A program made the position numbers and the translations under genes. Positions 1 to 27,409 of a DNA stretch of 64,000 nt are shown one piece after another (position 1 is the stretch's first letter; every line of letters begins with the position of its first letter). The notes under the pieces are model-generated. The model did not search any database. It was not told the origin of the DNA and saw only the letters and a program-made list of their open reading frames with translations. The stretch lies in contig MU058226.1 in assembly GCA_013265495.1 (NCBI GenBank), positions 706,741 to 770,740 of the forward strand. The letters are read 5' to 3'. Source of the stretch: Vicugna vicugna. Taxonomy: Eukaryota.

Positions 1-1904
1 ATGGGGTCAGCTGAGCTGTTGGAAGAAGAACATGATAAGATGGTGTCATAAGAGCTGGCCATCTCTCTCGGTCCAGTGTCCACATCTTGACCACAAGGCC
101 TCAAGTCAGAGCTCCAATGCTCACCGTATCCAGCCAAGGCCTGCAGGCCCAAGATCAGTACCAGTGTGGTGTCCATGGTGTCAGCTGGTGTGTGTTTCCA
201 GGACTGTCTCCCTGGCTCTTTAAAGACTTTGAGGCCTTATTACAAGTCTCGAGAGAGTCAGGTGTGCCTTGGCCTTCATCAACACCAGGATCTCCATCCC
301 GAGGGAGAGGTCACCAAGCTGTCCCAGAGGATTGATCTGTTCCAGTCTGATCCCAGGAAGCACTGGGTGAGGGGAAGAGTGAGTAAGAGCCTGAGGATTC
401 CCCTACTGGGCTCTCAGGCTCTTTCCAGATTAGGGATCTCTCCCCCAGACCCGAGTTGATCCCCAGCCCAGACTCCCATCGAAGGGAAGAGATCCAGGCA
501 TCCTATCCCCAAATCCTCCCCTTGTTTCTAGAAGTACAACCACTGGGGGTGAGAATATATAGGTCCCTCGGGGAAGCAGGAATTGGGAGCTGGGTGGGGG
601 TGGAGAGCGTCACCGCCTGGGGACTGCATCAGACCCTTAGGAAAACCCAGGGCAGGGGAGGAGGGTGAACACCTGGGCCATCTCTCGTCCAGATGGCTGC
701 AGCCCACAGAGCTTTCCATTCCTTTGGCAGAAGAGGAGTGACAGGAGAAGAGGGGCACCAGGCACAACAAGCATCGTGTTCAGGGACAGTGCAGTGAGGA
801 AGTTCAGAACCCAGCTCTGAATCCACCACTTCCAAGCAATGGGGTCTTGGGCAAGTCACGTGGCCTAAGTTCTTGTTTCTTCACCCCTAAAACTGGGGTA
901 ACGCATCTACTTCAGAGGCCATAATTAAAGCATTAAAGGAAATAATGTTTCTAATGTGCCTGGCATGGGACAGCCTCAGCTCTGATTATATAGAAAGAGG
1001 GCGCCAGTTGGGAAAGATATAGGGATGCTCCCACCCTCCTCCTATGCAGACTCAGATGCCGGAAAGCAGCTGTCTTCCCACTTTCTACCCTCTGCTCATA
1101 TCTGCTAGGTCTGCTGATCTTTTTGTCCATCAATTCTTCCCGCTCTGGTCTTCCTGCTCTCCGGTGCGAGTCTGGGAGTCCCTGGATTGCACTTTATTTA
1201 TATTTATGGTATCGACAGTGTCTCCCTCTGCCTCTCCATTTCCCTGGTCTTGCTTTTGCCTTTTCTCCCTGACTCTGCCTTCTCTGCTTCCATCCCTCTG
1301 TGCTGGGGCCCACTGGGTTTTTTAGGGGTGGGTTGTAGATACTTAGGGAGGCAGCTAATAAGATAAGAGGCATGTGTCTTTGTATGCTCTAGAGGGTTTA
1401 CGTGACTGGTGCGTCAGTCTGCTGTGCTTATTCTGTGTCTGGCATCATGACGGATGGGTTCTAACCTCTCTGCTCCTGACTTGCTGTGTGACTTTAATAA
1501 GTCAATAAGTCTCTCTGGGCCTTCGTTTCCCAGCTTTTAAAGAAAGAGGGTAAACACAATGGGTTCCAAGCTCCCTCTACACATCTGTCCTCATGTTTGC
1601 CATTCCAAGGCCTGTGTGAAAGGGTGTTGGCTGAGGGGATCCCTTTTGCGTGAGTGCACAAGGCGGGGTGGATGGGAGGATGTTTGAGGAAACTCGTGTC
1701 TCCACCTAAATAGCTAGGATGTTTCAGAGCAACTAAAACAAAACATTCAAAATGAAAGTTCCCTGTCACCCAGATTTCTCACCTAGAAAGTCAGCTGTGG
1801 CTGGGGGGACAGAGCGCCTGGGTTTGGGAAGAGCTTTATGTAATCCACCCCTCCCTTTTGGGTGCACATTCCTGAGCTCTTTGGTGGCATGAATGATAGA
1901 AATT

Positions 1905-2305
1905 AATTGCAGTTAATAATTAATCCCTCAAGAGCAGTGACAGGCCCAGGCTTGGGTGGGGCCCAGACACCCACAGGACGGACACCTCCTCAACTTCCCT
2001 CCCTGCGGGACTGGGTATCCACCCCCTCAAGCCTCGAGACCTGGGGAGGTGGGGCATGGGATTGAGGAAAGGGGGCCACCTTCTATTTGCCCCCCAGCCC
2101 AGTGGATGGCCCTTTCGTGGGTCCTCAAAGAACAGTTCTTGAGAGAACTGGAAAAGCCAGTTACCAGCGTCCCCCTCTCATCTCCCACACGCACCTGTGC
2201 TAAGGACGGAGTGGGGCACAGAAGGGAGGGCCAGGTAAGGAGAGGCCAGCGGAGCTTCCAACATCTCTTCCATCCGCCTGAGAAGCAAACAACAAGGTAG
2301 CCGCG
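1905..2305 (+). promoter_or_regulatory. Putative SFTA2 proximal promoter
   Basis: Directly upstream of the SFTA2 ATG. HNF1-like GTTAATAATTAAT at 1912-1924, NKX2-1-like CTCAAG/CTTGAG cores near 1927, 2026 and 2138, FOXA-like AGCAAACA at 2284-2291. Motif matches only. Confidence 0.45.
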
Positions 2306-2893
<588 letters not shown>

Positions 2894-2999
2894 GAGCAAT
2901 CCAGGCTGGTTCCCCTCTTGGTTAGGGCATTTGGTCCCTGGGGAGCAGGGGCAATGCCCTGACCCTGTCTTCTAGCAGGTCCTCACCCTGCTGAGTGGC

Positions 3000-3005
3000 A
3001 GTAAA
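3000..3005 (+). terminator. Probable SFTA2 poly(A) signal (AGTAAA variant)
   Basis: AGTAAA 107 nt after the stop codon, followed by a T/GT-rich stretch (TTGATTTTGTGGG). Confidence 0.5.
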
Positions 3006-4624
3006 TACACTGAATTCAATGACTTGATTTTGTGGGCTCGTGAGCAGAGGGCCAGCAGGAAAAGGACGCCCAAGTCTCTGACTCTCCCTTGTTAAGCAGA
3101 GGGTTTCCGGGCTGGACAGATAGCCTGAATACCAGTGTCAAAGGCACATCTGGGAAATTAACTGCTGGAACACGCACACGTACCACACACACATGTATGT
3201 GAACACACACTTCAAGCTGAGATCTTCAGAACACCTGGGAATAAAGGAAAGGAACATTTGACTTCCTGCTTTATTCCAGACATGAGGCTTTTCCACTTCA
3301 GTGCTTACAGGATTCTTGCATGTAGCATAATAGGTCTCATCTGATTTTCCAGATGAGGAAATTGAGGCTTAGAGGGGTAAGTCACTCACCTAAGGTCATT
3401 AGCAGTGGAGAGGTTTGACACCGGACAAATGCCTTGGCTTAAGCCAGATTTTAATTTCCTCTCCCTTTGCTTCAGCTCTGGGGTTGAGGGCTCAAGAATC
3501 CCAGACAGGGGTGTAGGTAGGACATCTCCAGGACATGGGCCCCCGACACAGAGAGCCACACAGGTTGGTCAGGGTAGGAGTGGGGGGAGGTGCTCAGGTG
3601 AGAGATGAGGGGTCCAGCTTGTGGGATGATGGCCAGGCTGGAGGAAGTGGTGGGGAGAAAAGGGTGGGTGCCAGTAGAGGGTGCACTGGCTAACTACGTT
3701 AGTCACACAGGCCCACACCTACGTCCTAGATTAGTTTCTTAGTCTCTTAGGGCCTCCACTTCTTTAATGTAAAATGGGGAGAATGAAAGTACCTGCTTCC
3801 TAGGATTGTTCTGAGGATTATGTGGATAAGTTACCCAGGGTACGTGCCATGGTGCCTGTTAGATAAGTGGGCCTGGGTGGTAGGGATTATTATTATAGTA
3901 GAAACCTGGTCCACATAAGTCCTGGTCCCCTTGAGGGTCCAGGGTCCTCCTCCTGCTTTTCATGAGGCAGTCACTTATCTGACTCCACACTCAAGGGTAC
4001 CTTGACTTCTCATCAGCTGTCTCAAAATGCAAGCTTGCAGCCCAGACTTGATCATTTGGCGGGTGTTGGTATGACTGCTTCCTGTTCTCCACAGTACCTA
4101 TCTTCCCATTTCCCCCACCCCCTGCCCCTATCACCATCATATGACATTAAAGACTGACTCCTTTGGAGGGAGGGGAAGGCCACAGTTCCATATGGAGTGC
4201 CCTGAAGATGAGAAATCATAACCAAGTTCCTCTAGTTTCCTTGACAACTGTCCTGGGAAAATTAGCTCAGAGGAGAGATAGCCGGGGGTCCCAAAGGGCC
4301 CCAGTATTTCATGACTGGCCCCTGGCCTGCACCAGTGGTCAGGTGACATCCATGGGTCAGGTGTGTAGGCCCCAAACAAGCTGGGGGAGTGAATGTCTGT
4401 ATCTCCAAATGGCTGGAGGAGCAGACAGCTAAATGCTCCTCAACCTGGTTCCTGGGTCTCTGGACTTGGGATCACTGGGCTGTGATTCCTAGATTCTTTT
4501 CTCAAAGAATTCTCTTCCCAGATTTAAGACAGAGCAGTGCAGTGAAAAAGAATGCTTTGGGATCCACCAGACCTGGGGGTGGCAGAGGCTGCTAACTGTT
4601 CCCCTAATAGTCATTCTTCTGGGA

Positions 4625-4835
4625 GAGTCATGCAAATATTAGCTGAGCACATGGCTTATTTCCACTTAGCTAAGCAAGTGGCTGATTACGTGACATTTTC
4701 CAGACTCCCTTGCAGCTAGGAATGGTCATGTGATTAGGTTCTATCCAACAGGATACAAGCAGAAAGGAAATATGCAACTTTCTGGTAATGTCCATCCATT
4801 ACAGGAAAGGAGCTTCCTTTCCTTTCCCTTCTCCC
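4625..4835. mobile_element. MLT1-like (MaLR LTR) fragment
   Basis: TTTCCAGACTCCCTTGCAGCTAGGAATGGTCATGTGA resembles the MLT1 consensus. Ends approximate. Confidence 0.5.
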
Positions 4836-4878
4836 AGAGGGAAGAACAGTCTTTATAAAGGCCTACAAGGTCTTAGAC

Positions 4879-5068
4879 CAGCACTTTCCAACAGAACTTT
4901 TCATGATGATGGAAAAATGTTATAACCTGCACTGACCAATTTGGTAGCCACGATCCACAAGTGGCTAGCAAATACTTGAAACATGGCTAGTGTGGCTGAA
5001 AAACTGAATATTTAGTTTTATTTAAATTAATTGAGACAGCCAAGCGGCTACCTTTTTGGACAGCACAG
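4879..5068. mobile_element. MER3-like hAT-Charlie DNA transposon
   Basis: CAGCACTTTCCAACAGAACTTT...GTAGCCAC...GTGGCTA...TTGGACAGCACAG pattern typical of MER3. Confidence 0.65.
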
Positions 5069-5139
5069 CTGTAGATGATCGCCTAGCCACCCCCTGTCGC
5101 TTGCCTTCCTGACTTCACCTCCCACTCCCCCACTCCACT

Positions 5140-5520
5140 CACTCTGCACCCCGCCCCTCCCCACAGGCCTCCTTGCTATTCTTTGAGCTCTCCAGGTCTC
5201 CCATCTCAGTGTTGTGCTCTGGCTCTTCCTGCTGCCTGGAACACTCGTCTCCCAGACATCCACTTGGCTAATTTCTGCAGCTCCCAGAAGTCTTTGCTTA
5301 ATTCTCACCTTTACAATGAGTTCTGCCCTGACCCGTTTCATATGGGTCACCCCCCAACCTGCCTTCCCACCGTCACACATGCAGCTGAGCCCCCTTACCT
5401 TGATCTACCTTTCCCCCTTAGCGTTTATGACCTTCAGACACACTAGTTTATTTAGTTACACATGTTATTCCTGACTCTCGCTGCTAGAATGAAAGTAGAG
5501 GCCCCACTAGAAAGGTCCTC
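5140..5520. mobile_element. L2 LINE 3' fragment
   Basis: CAGGCCTCCTTGCTATTCTTTGAG...TTCCTGCTGCCTGGAACACTC...CTAGAATGAAAG, L2-type 3' motifs. Ends approximate. Confidence 0.5.
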
Positions 5521-5950
5521 TTCCCTCCAGTGAGGCAGGCCCCGCACAGCACCCGCACTCCCACTGTGGCCCAGAGCCCAGCGCTGAGAGGCAGCCCTCC
5601 TCTTTCCCATGTCAAAGTCCCAGGGAACAACTGAGAGGCGGAGAAGTCACCACAAGAGGCAAGAAGGATCAAAGGACCACAAGCAGACAGGTTTGGGATT
5701 TGAGTTTATCTGAACTTCCTCATTCTTGAACTTCCATGTGTGACTGCATAGGAGGGAGACTGGGCCAAAAGCATGAGTGTCTCAAGGACACCCAGTCACT
5801 CTGACCAAGCCAATCTATCTCCTCATTGACAAAAAGAGGGAGCCAGACCACGTGGTCTCTGAGGCCCCATCACACCCTGACAGTTGCCCAATCTTTCCTC
5901 AAAGGCAGGTCTGAGAAGGGAGAAAGGTGCCAGGGATGGTGAGTGAGAGC

Positions 5951-16728
<10,778 letters not shown>

Positions 16729-17222
16729 CGGGAGTGCTTGGAAAAGGGCCAAGACCTGTTCCAGATAGAGCACATTAGGAGGGTATGGGGGTGAGAGAGG
16801 GTCACATCTTCCAAAATCACACTCTCTTCCTTATTTCCTGTCTCCTTCCAGCACTGGTCGGTTATTTTAAGTATCTATCCCAGCCCACACCTTTCCTCCG
16901 CGAGGACTAGAGTGCATGGTGTCGACAAGGTCCTGGAGTCACAGAGATCGGGGCTCTTCTGGGACAGGATCGGGGTCTCAGGGCCTCAACCTATTTATCT
17001 GTGACGTGAGGATAACCACGGGCACAGAGGAGGGGAAAGGACTCAAGGAGATCCCGAGAGCCAGGAAGAAGTCTCGCCAGGCTCACTGAGATCCCCGCCT
17101 GCCCAGAGGCCGTCATTGTCCCCAGCCCAGCGCGCTGCTCCGCCTTCCTGCCCGTCTCATGGCGTGGGCCCTGGCCCCGCACTGCCTCCCACTCCCCGGA
17201 GGCTGCTCCGGCGCTCGCTCAC

Positions 17223-17460
17223 CCGGTGAGCCCGCCGCTATCCCAAGGCGCCCTGCGCCAGAGGCGGGGGCTTCATGGACTTATGGACCAGAGAAACCGC
17301 CCCCGGAACTAGAGTCGCGATCCACGCCGCACAATGAGGCGGAACTCTGTCAGGGCGCATGCGCAGTAGCAGGCCTCGGTCCCTCTTCCTCCCCTTCCGG
17401 GTCCAATAGCGGTCCACGCGGGGAGGAGCGCGCCTGCCGCGCAAAGATGGGTAGCCTCCT
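17223..17460 (-). promoter_or_regulatory. VARS2 CpG-island promoter and non-coding first exon
   Basis: CpG-rich. NRF1 palindrome GCGCATGCGC at 17355-17364, ETS/GABP CCGGAAG on the minus strand near 17394-17400, donor CGG|GTGAGC at 17223/17222. Confidence 0.7.
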
Positions 17461-17498
17461 AGGGAGGCGTGCGGGGCCGCTTGGTTCATTTTCACAAC

Positions 17499-17504
17499 TT
17501 TATT
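17499..17504 (-). terminator. GTF2H4 poly(A) signal AATAAA
   Basis: TTTATT on the plus strand, about 125 nt past the GTF2H4 stop. Confidence 0.8.
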
Positions 17505-17629
17505 ACAATAAGAGTCCCGGCGTGTGAATAAAAAAACACCTGAGTTCTGAGGCCGCGCGTGCCTCCACGCGGCCCGCCCTGCCCGGTCCCGCCCCGCCCG
17601 GGTCCAGTCCCGGTCCCAGGCCGGCACTC

Positions 17630-22324
<4,695 letters not shown>

Positions 22325-23056
22325 TCACCCCCTCACCTTTCTCATTCTTACTCTGATTCCAGATCCACTGGCCCCCACAAAAACTCATCTTTTCTATGGT
22401 TTCCTTTTCCATGTCACTCATCTCCTCTTGTTTCTCCTAAACCTGACCAAACTCCCCTCCTTTCCTGCCTCCTCACCCGACTTATATCCTCAACTCCAGT
22501 CTTCTGTCAATTTCTAAGTGACAGAACTGCCAATCGTCCCATATTTGCAAAAAACGTTTTGTATTTCAGTGACTTAATCTCATCTTTACCTAAGCAGTGA
22601 CAAAGGAAACTTGTTTCAGCCCAATCCTCTCTCCACTTCTCCTGGTCAGGTCAGCCTATAAGCTCCAAATCTGTCCGTGCTTCCCATCTATTTCTTGGCC
22701 CTACATCTCTTGCTGCGCATGGCAATAATCCGTGTCTCCCAAATCCAGTTCTACTTCTTTCCTCTCCCCGCCTCCAAGACTACTTCACTCCATTCACTTT
22801 GATCCACATCATACGATCTCCGAACTTCTCCCCTACTTTCCTCAGAGTCCTCGCCTCTCACTCAACTCTCTCCCCCTATATCTCCGCCACCTCCTCTCTC
22901 CCAGCCCCCTTACCACTGTGTCGATCTCCCCTCGTGCACTCCGAGTTTTAAGCCGTCGCTTAATCGGAGCAAATGTCTCGCATTGGCTCCCGAGAACAGA
23001 GGAAAGGAGGGCGGAAAATGAGACAGAAAGATGGGGAGAGGGACGAAGGATTTCAC

Positions 23057-23460
23057 CGACAGGAGTCCAGAGCGGAGGAGTCAGAAGAAAACGGAAGGAA
23101 GGGAAGGAGTGGAGAAGTGGGGAGGATAAGAATCGGTGCTGCACTCGCCTGCCGCAAGGCATATTGGGAATTGGAGTCTTGTCTTTCCCTACCCGGGAGC
23201 AGAGTAAAGCGCGTCTGACTACAACTCCCAAAAGGCACCGCTGGGAAGCTTAGCGAAGAGAGGCTGGCCTTTAAGCGAGAGAGCCGGGAGCACCGGCGGT
23301 TGGGCTGCTTCGTTCCGCGTCGCTAACCACCCACTAGGCTAACGGCGAGTCTAACTGACCTGAGCTAGTGTGGGGATCCTGGGAGAAGTGCCCTGAAAGC
23401 TTCCTAGCGGAGGCGGGGAAATGGCTCGGTGATGAGACGTAGAGCCTCACGAAACTGGAT
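23057..23460 (-). promoter_or_regulatory. GTF2H4 promoter and probable non-coding exon 1
   Basis: CpG-rich. ZNF143/THAP11-type ACTACAACTCCCA at 23218-23230 and an inverted copy near 23159-23178. Candidate donor TCG|GTGAAA at 23057/23056. Exon 2 acceptor at 22288. Confidence 0.65.
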
Positions 23461-23747
23461 TCCTCGACCTCCCCGTAAAGTTGGAATAATGCACTTTCCA
23501 GAACTTTTCTTCATATTAGAAGTTAACTCGATCCGGTGCGCCTTCCTCGGCACGTAAGTACTCAATAAATCTTAATTGTCACTTCCTCCATGCTTCCACC
23601 CACCTCCCAACCCCCGTTTAGAGATCCTAGTAAGTACAACTTTTAAAAGAAATCAATTGTTTAGTCTGATTTAACTTACGAAATTATTGCGGGGTAAGGG
23701 AAGGGAAGCCATGCCAGAGCTGCGCGTTTCCCCAAATTCCTATACGG

Positions 23748-23821
23748 CAAGTTTTATTATTACTATTTTTACTGTTATTATGATTATTGTTGTTGTTGTT
23801 GTTATTATTGTTATTATTATT
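23748..23821. repeat. Compound (TTA)n/(TTG)n microsatellite at a MIR boundary
   Basis: TTATTATTTACTATTTTTACTGTTATTATGATTATTGTTGTTGTTGTTGTTATTATTGTTATTATTATT. Confidence 0.85.
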
Positions 23822-24039
23822 CACTAGAAGGCGGAAGCACAATGAGATTAAGAAATTTGCCCAAGATCGGACAGCTAGAAAGTGCCGAAACTGGGATTTG
23901 AAGTACATTTGCGAGTGACCAGGAATCAAAATGCTAAAAACTAAGACTTTGTTTTACTTGTAGCCCACCCATGCTTGTTTTGTTACATCTCTTTAGCAAT
24001 GTTTAAAATCCACAAAAAACGACGCAAAACTGAGAAAGC

Positions 24040-24800
24040 TTCTTTATGGAAAACGTTAAATAAGGTTAAGAGACAATTCACAGTCTGGGAAGAAATATTT
24101 GACAAAATAGACAAAATACAAAGAGCTCTTATACAGCAATAAGAAAAAGAAATAACGCAATAGAAATATTAAGAAATAACAGGGAATAAACAGAAGAAAT
24201 ACAAGTGCCTTGAAACCAAATGAAGAAACTCTTCACTGGTAATTAAGGAAAAATAAAGAGAGAAACAATAAAATATCCAATTAGAAAAAAAAATTTAAGG
24301 ATTGACAATCTCAATTTTGGCCTCAGTGTACATGAGCGTACTCATATACTTTTGTGGAAGGTTGACATAAGCACACCTTTCTAAGGGTGGTTTGGCAGTA
24401 TGTACCAACAATTTTAATGTGATTGCCCTTTGACCTGGCGACTCCACCGTTAAGAACATAGCATACTGAAATTCTCCTAGATGGATACAGAGATATACAT
24501 GCAGAGATGTTATGAAATGTTTGTTGTAGTAGTATGAAGACAATGGAAACAGTCCAAATGTCCATCATTGGGAGTTGGTGAGATAAAATGTGGCTCACTG
24601 GAATGTAGAATCCTGGGCAGCATTTGGAGAGGAGATCAGTATACATACTGGCCTGCCTATATACCATCTGTCATGAGGGGGAGGAAAGCAGATTACAAAG
24701 TGGGATACATAGTCCAATGCCATCTTTATAAGTAAGAGGTTTTCTGTGTGTGTAAAACTGAAATAGGCCACATGCTTCATTTTGACTGGAGCCAGTAAGG
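24040..24800 (+). mobile_element. Old L1M 3' fragment
   Basis: A-rich sequence with decayed ORF2/3' motifs such as GGAAGAAATATTTG and GGAAACAGTCCAAATGTCCATCA. Ends approximate. Confidence 0.6.
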
Positions 24801-24852
24801 GGGAGCTGGGTAGACCTGGTCACGTTCCCTACAGTGTAGGGAAAACTAAGGC

Positions 24853-25062
24853 TACGCTGTCTAGAACAGGAGCTGCTAGTCACCTGTGGCTATTTCAATT
24901 TAAATTTAATTAACTAAAATAAAATTTTATACTCAATTGCTTGGTCACATTAGTCCTATTTCAAATAATTAATAGCCACATGTGGCTCATGGCTACCTTT
25001 TGGATGGTGCAGATGGAGACCATTTCCATGATCGCAGAGTTCCCTTGGAGAGCCCTGCTCTA
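24853..25062. mobile_element. MER3/MER33-like DNA transposon
   Basis: CTAGTCACCTGTGGCTATT...TAGCCACATGTGGCTCATGGCTACC. Confidence 0.6.
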
Positions 25063-25439
25063 AGGGATGCAAGGTATCTGATGTGAGAAAGAGAATCAGT
25101 CTGGGCTCCTAGGAGCTGAGAGTGTGGAAAGAGCTCCCTGATACAGGGCTATCCAGGTTGTGCTTGAAAACTTCCTGTGAGGGTAATGGTAATACCTCTT
25201 CCCTTCATGTAGCATCCTGGAGAGAAAGAACAGAGAGTCAGGAGCTGACAGTTTCCATCAGCTTCTCCATGTCCTGGCTGTGCTGCCTTGGGCACATTGC
25301 TGACCTAACAGAGAGGTTTTCATCTCTGTGAAATGACAATAATTTTCGCTACTTCATATGTTGTACTAAATAAGATATGGTACCTGGCACATTGAGGGTG
25401 CTCAGTAAATATGATCATCATTATCCTCTTAAAAAGACA

Positions 25440-26190
25440 AACAGACATGTAAATCACACCTGTAGTAAGTGCTACAAAGAAGAGAGTCATGTGCTCTGAG
25501 AGCGTCAAGAGGGGATTTGACTTGATCGGGCAAGTCAGGGAGGACTGCTGAAGGACAAGTAAGATAAGAGTTAACGAGCCAGATAGCAGGGAACTGGGTT
25601 CCAGGTAGAGGAACAGAAAGCTACGAAGGCCATGTGGCAGAGAGGACTGTGGCCCCTTAGAGGAACAAGAAGAGGGCCGATGTATACACTGCTGGGAGGG
25701 GAGGCAAACTTGGACAAGAAGACTTTGTTCTTTATTCTAAGGTCAATGGGAGGCCAGTAAAGGGTTTGAAATAAAGGAGTGGGCTCAGATTTGTGTTTTA
25801 AAGATCATGCTGGCTGCAGGGCTGAAAACAAACCAGAGAGGAACAGAAACACTCCTGGGGAACTACTATGGTGGTCCAGGCAAGATGGAGGTAGCATGTG
25901 CCCGGATGGCGATAGAGACAGAAGTGATGAATTTTAGGGGAATTTGGGAAGTAAAGTCCACAGAACTTCGTGATAGACTGGACTTGGGAGGTAAGAGTAA
26001 GGGAGGAATATCAAGGATGATCCCCAGATTTCTGGCATGTTCAGCTGAGCTGCGGTTCACTGAGTCAGAGAACCAGGGAGGAGCCGCCAGTTTGAACGTG
26101 CTGAGACTGACATTCAGATGATCCCTAGGTGGTTGTGTAGGTCTAGAGCTTAAGTTTCTGAGCTCAGAGATTTGAGAGTTCTCGGCTCAC
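25440..26190. mobile_element. L2 LINE fragment
   Basis: L2-type motifs such as TTTGTGTTTTAAAGATCATGCTGGCTGC and CAAGGATGATCCCCAGATTTCTGGC. Ends approximate. Confidence 0.55.
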
Positions 26191-26609
26191 CACCATGGCT
26201 TCTTTTGCTCACCATTCTGGGTTCTGGCCTCAGTGCTTGTCTTAAATCATCAGTCACAGTGGTCTGACCTATGTAGGTTCCAACAGGACTCAGATGTGTG
26301 AGCTGGAACCTCAAGGGCCTATTAATACAACCTTAGATTAAGTTATCTTTATTGTCATCCTCATTATCCAGTTGGCTCATTTTGTGAATGTCATCAACCA
26401 AGACCCCAGGGGCTTTATTTCACATGAACTGCCATCAAGATGGGTCTGCCTTTTCCAGTACTGGCCACTGATTTTTTTTTTTTCTTTCCAACCAAATTTG
26501 AACTCTGTTAAATGTTCTCTTGGTGGTTGTGGCTCATCCTTCCAAGCCTCTGAGACGGCTCCCAAACAGTTCACACCTACTGTGTTACTTGCATATTTGA
26601 TCAGCCTAA

Positions 26610-27130
26610 TCCAGGGATTCTCAACTTGGGACTTGCAGAGCCTGGGACATAGGAAGGGGGTTCCTAGAATTTTGGCAAGAATTAAAAATTACACCTCTAT
26701 TTTTATTAACCTCTAACTGAAATTTAGCATTTCCTCCAAGTATGAATGTGGGCAAAACCCCCAATAGTATTACTAACACCTGTGACTTGTCACTAATAGA
26801 CACCACAGCTATTTTTCTATCCCACTACAGTTGTAGAAATCTCAGAATGTCATTTATGCTCATTGCTATTTGAAAATGTCAGTAATTATTACATCTGCTG
26901 CTAGGTCTTGTTATTAAATATATTTAAAAGAAGCACATATTAGTATATCATAATTTTTTAACATTTTGGTAAACTCTTTTCATTTGATTTCCTGTTATAT
27001 ATGTATTCATAATTATACATTTTACACACATATAACTTTTTTAATGGGTTTTAAAACGTAATTCTGAGGAAGAATCAGTAGACCTCTCCAGACTGCCAAA
27101 GGGGTCCATGGGTCAGACGACGTTGACCCG
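26610..27130. mobile_element. hAT-Charlie-type DNA transposon remnant
   Basis: CAGGGATTCTCAAC terminus, AT-rich body, GACTGCCAAAGGGGTCCATGG near the other end. Confidence 0.5.
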
Positions 27131-27403
27131 TGGCCTAACCCACCTCCCTTCAGGCCTCCTGCAGAGTTTCTGTTCAGGTTGACCAAAGTTCACACATTTA
27201 TGGGGACCTTAGGTCCCACAGGCAAGGGCCTCCCTTATGGAGAAACAGAACACTATGCTGGGCAAAACACATGGTAGGAAATGGAATGGGGAGAATTAAA
27301 AAGAGGGAAAGGAAGAAAGGAGATAGACTTGGCGGGGAAGGGGCAGGAGGCAGGTTTCACCAAAACCCCAAGAAACCCACTCACAGCTGTGGAAAACTCA
27401 ACC

Positions 27404-27409
27404 TTTATT
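27404..27409 (-). terminator. DDR1 poly(A) signal AATAAA
   Basis: TTTATT on the plus strand about 815 nt past the DDR1 stop, followed on the minus strand by GGTTGAGTTTTCC. Confidence 0.8.

Noticed and set aside
1..1900. MUCL3/DPCR1 expected next to SFTA2 by synteny
   Set aside because: No signal-peptide exon or mucin repeat visible; probably lies beyond the window start.
23684..23929. Poly-Asn ORF
   Set aside because: Translation of a TTA/TTG microsatellite plus MIR sequence.
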